Below are positions 1 through 9,828 of a stretch of 9,828 bases of DNA, in pieces (within the stretch, counting starts at the first letter, position 1; each line of letters begins with the position of its first letter). A model generated the notes under the pieces. That model was not told the origin of the DNA, made no database searches, and saw only the letters and a program-made list of their open reading frames with translations. This stretch comes from a virus (Monodnaviria > Loebvirae > Hofneiviricota > Faserviricetes > Tubulavirales > Inoviridae): the IMG/VR virus record IMGVR_UViG_2529292910_000001. The stretch is one strand, 5' to 3'. Both the position numbers and the translations under genes were made by a program.

Positions 1-21
1 TTGTTTATTGTGGATCAATGG

Positions 22-65
22 TTGCTGACAACACTAAAAGTTAATAATTTCAAATTGATAGGAAG
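22..65 (+). promoter_or_regulatory. Putative promoter and ribosome-binding site for the 74..619 gene
   Basis: AGGAAG at 60..65 lies 8 nt before the ATG at 74. Upstream are AT-rich -10-like hexamers (TAATAAT around 42..48) and a TTGCTGACA -35-like stretch at 22..30. Hexamer spacing is ambiguous, so only the RBS is reasonably supported. Confidence 0.25.
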
Positions 66-73
66 AAAAGAAA

Positions 74-619
74 ATGAACAAGCAAACAACAACATCTCTT
101 TCTTTTCCTGGTGGTAGAAAAGAAAGCATTGCTGAGCGTCTGAAAAGGCTGATTGGCTCCCGCAGCGTCAGAGCTGCAGCAAGAGATTGGGGGCTTTCAT
201 TTTCAACACTAAACAATTATCTGTCTCGTGGCACTGAGCCATCCTTAAGTGTCGCCCTTCAGATTGCGTCTATCGAAGGAGTAAGTGTTGAGTGGCTATG
301 TGGATTCAGTGATGCATCACAAGTGAATCGGTGTGAGATCAAGGAAAATCAAGATGAAAGCAAGAAGATAATTATGACGATTATCAGCGCACTTGATGAA
401 AAAGACTTAGAGCAGCTATCGAAAAATTTGGTTCTGAATGGAGCCAAGTACTTAGCTCGGTTGTTAGAGCCTGAAAATCAAGATCTAATCCGCTTAGAAG
501 GAAGGAAAAGAATAGCTGCATTACAGCTTGAAGGTATGTCTGACGAACGCGTCAGAGAGATTTTGGAAGAAACTGAGAGAAGTCGCAAATCTAACGCGGT
601 AGAACCAAAAGCGGGTTAA
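74..619 (+). CDS. HTH DNA-binding protein with phage cI-repressor-like N-terminal domain and acidic, probably helical C-terminal region (181 aa)
   Basis: ORF with good RBS. The N-terminal segment (ERLKRLIGSRSVRAAARDWGLSFSTLNNYLSRGTEPSLSVALQIASIEGVSVEWLCG) fits the lambda cI/Xre-type helix-turn-helix pattern. The C-terminal half is rich in E/K/R/L. A stem-loop plus T-run overlaps the stop codon. Confidence 0.55.
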   Translation: MNKQTTTSLSFPGGRKESIAERLKRLIGSRSVRAAARDWGLSFSTLNNYLSRGTEPSLSVALQIASIEGVSVEWLCGFSDASQVNRCEIKENQDESKKIIMTIISALDEKDLEQLSKNLVLNGAKYLARLLEPENQDLIRLEGRKRIAALQLEGMSDERVREILEETERSRKSNAVEPKAG

Positions 620-643
620 TAGCATTAGCCCGCATTTTGCACT
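611..643 (+). terminator. Putative rho-independent terminator for the 74..619 gene
   Basis: GCGGGTTAAT (611..620) pairs with ATTAGCCCGC (624..633) as a ~10-bp stem (one G-U pair) with a 3-nt loop, followed by ATTTTGC. The stop codon TAA (617..619) is inside the stem. Confidence 0.5.
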
Positions 644-694
644 ATATCGAGTATTTCGCATTGTTTGGAACGCCTTAAAAGACTAAAACCACAG

Positions 695-850
695 TATCAA
701 ATGAGTTGCCGATTTTATAATAAATGACTAATTATTGCACAATCGGTATCAAATAGACCTTATCCGCACATCTAGCCATCACCTGTTTTATTTCAGTATC
801 TTACAGGTGATTTCACCTCCTTTCACTAAAACCCTTGTCGGTATCAAATG
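695..850. repeat. Three dispersed direct copies of GTATCAAAT(G/A) plus a 7-bp inverted repeat CACCTGT/ACAGGTG
   Basis: GTATCAAATG at 695..704, GGTATCAAATA at 745..755, GGTATCAAATG at 840..850. CACCTGT at 780..786 and ACAGGTG at 803..809 form a perfect inverted repeat 16 nt apart. Read directly from the sequence; function unknown. Confidence 0.4.
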
Positions 851-860
851 ATTCACCTGG

Positions 861-1211
861 TTATACTATACCCAAACCGGAGGCCGTATTGCTTCCTTCA
901 TCCAGTTTCAACAAAGTATTATTTTCTGCATCCTCAATACCGTTAAATGCAACCCGAACCCCCGTTGTCCCTTTGCTGCATTCACTTAACGTAATCTGAA
1001 AAGGGACGGCTGGACTTGTGCTACCGGTCGTTGGAAATTGTCTGGCACTGTTTTTTTGGAGATCTACGGTAAAATTAAGCGAATCCGATGAGACTGTGCA
1101 GCCATAATCGAGGACGCGCCCGCTAATTTTAATAACGCTATCTGCGGATAAAGCAGAATAGGTGGTTAACCCCAGACATAAACCGAGGAAAATAATGTTA
1201 TTGTATTTCAT
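861..1211 (-). pseudogene. Fimbrial subunit-like protein, probably C-terminally truncated (116 aa)
   Basis: N-terminal signal peptide (MKYNNIIFLGLCLGLTTYSALSA) and a pilin-like body with Cys residues. It starts 13 nt after the usher stop with RBS AAGGAA. At 116 aa it is about 60 aa shorter than typical chaperone-usher subunits and lacks the usual C-terminal beta-strand motif; the downstream sequence in any frame is unrelated. Confidence 0.5.
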
Positions 1212-1224
1212 AATCTATTGTTCC

Positions 1225-2460
1225 TTAGCGACAGATTGCTGTCTGCTGGTTCAGTAAGGTACCAGGAGAAACTTCAGGAAGCTTGTACTCGACAATACAG
1301 TTTGAGTTTTTATCTTTGCTCCATGAAACCTGTAATTGCCCTGACTGTGGAAGTCCAGTCAGATAAACCTGACCATTTTCCGCGACAATGCTGCCATTTT
1401 TATTCTCTCCGTGTGTGACAATTGCACCGAATGGAACGCTCTTATTACCGTACTTCAACGTCATTAATACTTTCCCGCCGATTTGTGCATTAAATGTTGC
1501 TCTGGCAATAGCACCGTGAGTTGGGATGACAGTGACCACGGTTTCATCCAGTTCAACATTATCTGCAAGGGAATTCGCGTTAAGAGCAACACGGTTTTCT
1601 CTATATTCTGTCGCAAATGGTAATATGGCATAGCCACGCCAGTCGGTATGAATTCCGGTCTGGTTCTCTATTTTGACATTATCAGCACCAGGAGCCTTAA
1701 CCAGAACCATTGTGTCGCCCAGCGGCTGTCCAAAGGTGATGCCATCAGCATGAGCAATAATCCCACCACTCATTCCGTAATAAATCTGGCTGCTGTCACC
1801 ACTCCGACTGTAACCGACATTAGTATTACCATAAGCTCCACGATAATTAAGAGAACTGTAACCACTGGTGCCAGACGATGTATTACCTCCGTGGGTGTTA
1901 CCGACCTGAACGCTATAATTCAGGTTATTATCCGGCAGCAGAGTGCCATAAACCCCCGATAGATTGGTCATGCCGCCTTTCAAATCGTTTGACATACTGT
2001 AACTGGCGTTTGAATTACGAAATGCCGACTGACTGTCTGTACGCATCCAATGACTGAAGGGAACATTAAGCGTAAAAGCGAGTAAATGATCCCGATCGTT
2101 TTGCCATATATTATTGGAATAGCTGTAATTCAGCGAAGTCGTAATATCACCAAACGGCACATTTAATCCAAATGATATTTGCTGGTCGCTGCGTGACGTG
2201 TTCCAGTAACTTTGGCGACTGGCACTGAAAAATGTCGTACCGTAATTTCCAAGCTGCTGAGAGATGCTTATTTGTTCCTGACCACGCTTACTGTAGAACA
2301 GATTAAAATAATCAATAAATTGTGTCTGCTCATTGGTGTCTCCGGTAGGAGGCTTGACGGTGTAACCACTCATTCGACTGTAGGCACTGTCGGATAAGTT
2401 ATAAAAACCTTGCGTAGAATAGCGATATCCTGCGACCTGGATATTGGTTCCACAACAAGT
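1225..2460 (-). pseudogene. ydeT: Fimbrial outer-membrane usher, C-terminal fragment (N-terminal ~half missing)
   Basis: The 382-aa ORF (1225..2373) has usher C-terminal-domain character. The frame stays open upstream to a stop at 2461..2463 with no start codon and usher-like sequence (NIQVAGYRYSTQGFYNLSDSAYSR), so the N-terminal half is deleted. The symbol is assigned from context only: in E. coli K-12 an usher fragment of about this size sits beside an AraC-like fragment next to dif, as I recall it. Not sequence-verified. Confidence 0.7.
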
Positions 2461-2705
2461 TTATTGCTGCACTTGTTGAAGAGAGTATTTGCAAAAACAT
2501 TTTATGTCGCTAAATAACATGACGATTTCATTATGCATGTTATTTATAAACCGTGACTAAACAGAATATTATTGCGAACAAGGGAAGTGTCAGGAAAGGT
2601 CAAGAGCTACCAATGGTTAATATGGCTATAAATCATTAGCTATGGTTAATGTTTGCTTGCTGAAACTAACACCGAATTGCTCTAAACAGATAAGTGCAGG
2701 GTTTA

Positions 2706-2966
2706 TTAAAGCTGTCCGACAGACTTTCTTAACCTGGTAATATCTCTCTTGGGTGACTCTCCAAACATCCGCGAATATTCCCGACTGAAATGGGATAGCT
2801 TTCGTAACCGACAGCATAGGCTGCTGTGGTGACATCGTAATGTTCATTCAGCATCTGTCGCCTGACTTCATTGAGACGTAGCCATTTCTGATACCGGAGT
2901 GGACTCATTCCCGCTTGATCCGTCCTTAAATAAGTAACAGCACCCTCTGGTGTTTTCGTATGCAGT
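2706..2966 (-). pseudogene. yneL: AraC-family transcriptional regulator, C-terminal HTH fragment carrying a frameshift
   Basis: Minus-strand translation gives MSPLRYQKWLRLNEVRRQMLNEHYDVTTAAYAVGYESYP, then after a -1 shift in a CCC run HFSREYSRMFGESPKRDITRLRKSVGQL. Joined, this is the classic AraC second HTH signature (GYES.SHFSR.F...FG.SP). There is no N-terminal sensor domain; a stop lies immediately upstream at 2969..2971. Symbol is by K-12 context, unverified. Confidence 0.55.
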
Positions 2967-3121
2967 GTCTATGCGACAGACACTGCGCTCTTAGCATGGG
3001 GCAGGGAATAACCAGGCTATTTCTCCATGCACAGGCCAATTATGAAAGAGGAGAGGCTTAAGTTCTTGAACCCTGAACGAATAACGACTACCAGAAAAGC
3101 ACTTCGCATCACTCAGACATG

Positions 3122-3149
3122 ATTTAACATAATATACCTTATACGCACT
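3122..3149. other. dif: dif-like XerC/XerD site-specific recombination site; probable prophage attachment junction
   Basis: The minus strand reads AGTGCGTATAAGGTATATTATGTTAAAT, against the E. coli dif sequence as I recall it, GGTGCGCATAATGTATATTATGTTAAAT. The XerD arm is identical, the central hexamer has 1 mismatch and the XerC arm has 2. It lies between the chromosomal pseudogenes and the first phage gene. Confidence 0.7.
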
Positions 3150-3239
3150 GCGGTAAGATACGGTGAAAAACAGCCTGAAAGCCACACCGAATATCCTCAC
3201 CAGAACGCTGTCAGTCATCAATTTCATCAACATGCCACA

Positions 3240-6146
<2,907 letters not shown>

Positions 6147-6157
6147 TTATTATTACA

Positions 6158-7879
<1,722 letters not shown>

Positions 7880-7974
7880 TTATCAGCGGCTAAATCCAAG
7901 TACTGCAGCGAAACCGCACACAATTCCAAAGATAAAAATCACAACATCGAAGAAAGACTGAATCATAAGAAATC

Positions 7975-8013
7975 ACCGGAAAAGATGGGGGTAATATTTA
8001 CCCCCAAAAAAGA
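7975..8013 (-). terminator. Putative rho-independent terminator downstream of the major coat gene
   Basis: On the minus strand, directly after the gVIII stop: TCTTTTTT GGGGG TAAATATTA CCCCC ATCTTTTCC. A 5-bp G/C stem with 9-nt loop, flanked by T-runs. Ff phages have a strong terminator at the same place. Confidence 0.45.
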
Positions 8014-8241
8014 TTAACTGGCTTTTTTAATGGATTTAAGAACCATACTTACGCCAGCATAACAGATATATACACCCACAGCAGCAGCGCCAACAGCAAG
8101 AATAATTCCAATTACAGACGTGAAATTAATAGCAGTCTGAAGAGAGGAAAAATCAATAGCCGTAGTAGTCGGCGTTGTAGTCGGACCCGCCGCAAGAGCA
8201 GAGCCAGAAGCTAAAACAAGTGGTGCCACAAAAAAAGACAT
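8014..8241 (-). CDS. Major coat protein pVIII-like (precursor ~75 aa)
   Basis: Signal peptide ending ALA, a short mature N-terminus, one transmembrane helix (VIGIILAVGAAAVGVYICYAGV) and a basic C-terminus (KSIKKAS). This is the classic inovirus major coat architecture. ATG at 8239..8241 with an in-frame GTG at 8242..8244. Confidence 0.8.
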   Translation of the reverse strand: MSFFVAPLVLASGSALAAGPTTTPTTTAIDFSSLQTAINFTSVIGIILAVGAAAVGVYICYAGVSMVLKSIKKAS

Positions 8242-8308
8242 CACCGATTTTTTTACAGATAAAACCTTCTCTTTAACAGAAGATAAAAACCTTTAAAAAT
8301 CATAATTA

Positions 8309-8870
<562 letters not shown>

Positions 8871-8882
8871 CCTCCCCCTCTT

Positions 8883-9170
8883 TTAACCAATATCCTCACA
8901 ACGGGAAATAAGACCATTGCAAAGCGAAATATAACGCGTCAAAACTGTCATTTCATAAGAGTCAAGACGAGCATAAGAGTCATTCAATAATTCAACACTA
9001 TGACGAAGACATGACCTGAAAAGATAAAGCCCCCTAAAATTATCTCCTGACTCAAAATCAATAACAGCCTGCTTATAAAGCTCAATAATAAGGTCTAGTT
9101 TCAGTCGAACAGAACCCGATTTACTGTGTTCTTCAAATGAAGAAATTGGTCGAATTGGACGAAAAGTCAT
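8883..9170 (-). CDS. Hypothetical protein (~95 aa) immediately downstream of gV
   Basis: ATG at 9168..9170 preceded by AAAGGTGG; an in-frame GTG at 9177..9179 is the track start. Composition looks helical/soluble. No motif recognised. Confidence 0.5.
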   Translation of the reverse strand: MTFRPIRPISSFEEHSKSGSVRLKLDLIIELYKQAVIDFESGDNFRGLYLFRSCLRHSVELLNDSYARLDSYEMTVLTRYISLCNGLISRCEDIG

Positions 9171-9185
9171 AAACACCACCTTTAA

Positions 9186-9533
9186 CTATTTAGAACCTGG
9201 AACCGTCAAAGGAAAAAGAACAAGTTTAAAAGCAAATTCGATACTGCCAAAGTTACCTACAGTATAAGACGATGGATGAATAAGATATTTACCCGCAGCA
9301 TAAGGTGGTTGTCCCTCATCAAGAGAAACCTTACATTCAATCACCTGACGACCAAGTCTGACAACGCCAACCTGAGAATACATAATCCCCTTAACAGGAG
9401 AGCCAAGAGAATCAACAACTACCAGCCCTGTTTTCTTATCTTTCTTGTCATATTCAAAAGAATCAACACGAACATCATCTTCCTCAAATTCAATAATAAC
9501 AAGATAACGCTCATCAACATTAATCATAGACAT
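9186..9533 (-). CDS. ssDNA-binding protein, gene V protein-like (115 aa)
   Basis: The C-terminal ~60 aa (KVSLDEGQPPYAAGKYLIHPSSYTVGNFGSIEF) align with the M13 gVp core as I recall it (KITLDEGQPAYAPGLYTVHLSSFKVGQFGSLMI). Strong SD AGGAG 8 nt before the ATG. Has an extra acidic N-terminal ~25 aa relative to Ff gVp. Confidence 0.8.
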   Translation of the reverse strand: MSMINVDERYLVIIEFEEDDVRVDSFEYDKKDKKTGLVVVDSLGSPVKGIMYSQVGVVRLGRQVIECKVSLDEGQPPYAAGKYLIHPSSYTVGNFGSIEFAFKLVLFPLTVPGSK

Positions 9534-9549
9534 TTAAATTTCTCCTGAT

Positions 9550-9828
9550 TTAACCTACTGCATAAAGTGGAGTTACACGCTGGCGATACCAGTCAGGCAT
9601 AACTGTTTCCTGCATTGATATTTCACGCATATTATGAATAACAACACCGGGGGTTTTACTGGCATCGTATTCCATAGCAATATCAATGCCGATTTTACGA
9701 AGGCGGGCACGGTGTCGTCTGATTTGACCACCATTAAAATCAAATCGCTTGCCACACATCCACGAATAAGCAATAAAAGCCGTAGCATTTGCTGCTTTAA
9801 CATTATCAACAATGCCATTAGTTATTAA
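9550..9828 (-). CDS. Probable replication initiation protein (pII-like), C-terminal portion only; gene continues past the window edge
   Basis: The frame ending at the TAA at 9550..9552 is open all the way to position 9828 (…ITNGIVDNVKAANATAFIAYSWMCGKRF…LYAVG), so the ATG at 9759 is internal. The assignment rests on position upstream of gV; no rolling-circle motif is visible in this fragment. Confidence 0.45.
   Translation of the reverse strand, partial: LITNGIVDNVKAANATAFIAYSWMCGKRFDFNGGQIRRHRARLRKIGIDIAMEYDASKTPGVVIHNMREISMQETVMPDWYRQRVTPLYAVG

Noticed and set aside
34-216. 60-aa minus-strand ORF overlapping the start of the HTH gene
   Set aside because: It overlaps the better-supported plus-strand gene and its promoter/RBS region.
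1218-2397. Plus-strand ORFs 1218..1418, 1648..1962 and 2212..2397 inside the usher fragment
   Set aside because: They are antisense to a frame with clear usher character and have no RBS support.
2626-2847. 73-aa minus-strand ORF from the track in the AraC-fragment region
   Set aside because: It is a third reading frame across the frameshifted AraC remnant. The AraC HTH signature is in the other two frames, so this frame is probably not the ancestral one.
2991-3233. 80-aa minus-strand ORF spanning the dif-like site
   Set aside because: It crosses the chromosome/prophage junction, has no RBS, and has odd composition. Most likely a chance frame.
9573-9818. 81-aa minus-strand ORF in an alternative frame of the replication-gene region
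   Set aside because: The frame ending at 9550 is open to the window edge and stops right before the gV RBS, so it is the better candidate; this one is hydrophobic low-complexity in the overlapping frame.

Overview
The window has two parts. Left (1..~3120) is decayed chromosomal DNA: a cI-like HTH protein gene (74..619, +), then on the minus strand a truncated fimbrial subunit (861..1211), a C-terminal fimbrial usher fragment (1225..2460) and a frameshifted AraC-family regulator fragment (~2706..2966). At 3122..3149 lies a 28-bp site matching the E. coli dif XerC/XerD recombination site as I recall it at 25/28 positions. Right of it (3150 to the window edge) is a filamentous (Inoviridae) prophage entirely on the minus strand, in canonical Ff-like order reading from 9828 downward: replication protein (C-terminal part only), gV-like ssDNA-binding protein, two unassigned ORFs where gVII/gIX normally sit, major coat pVIII, adsorption protein pIII with a 37x Gly-Thr repeat linker, pVI, Zot-like pI, pIV secretin. 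The right prophage boundary is outside the window. The arrangement resembles the dif-integrated CUS-1/Ypf-phi prophage family, so the element class itself is probably not new; the unassigned ORFs, the Gly-Thr tract and the short region between pIV and dif are the parts most worth a second look. All calls come from reading the sequence and ORF track and from recalled family motifs; no database search was run.
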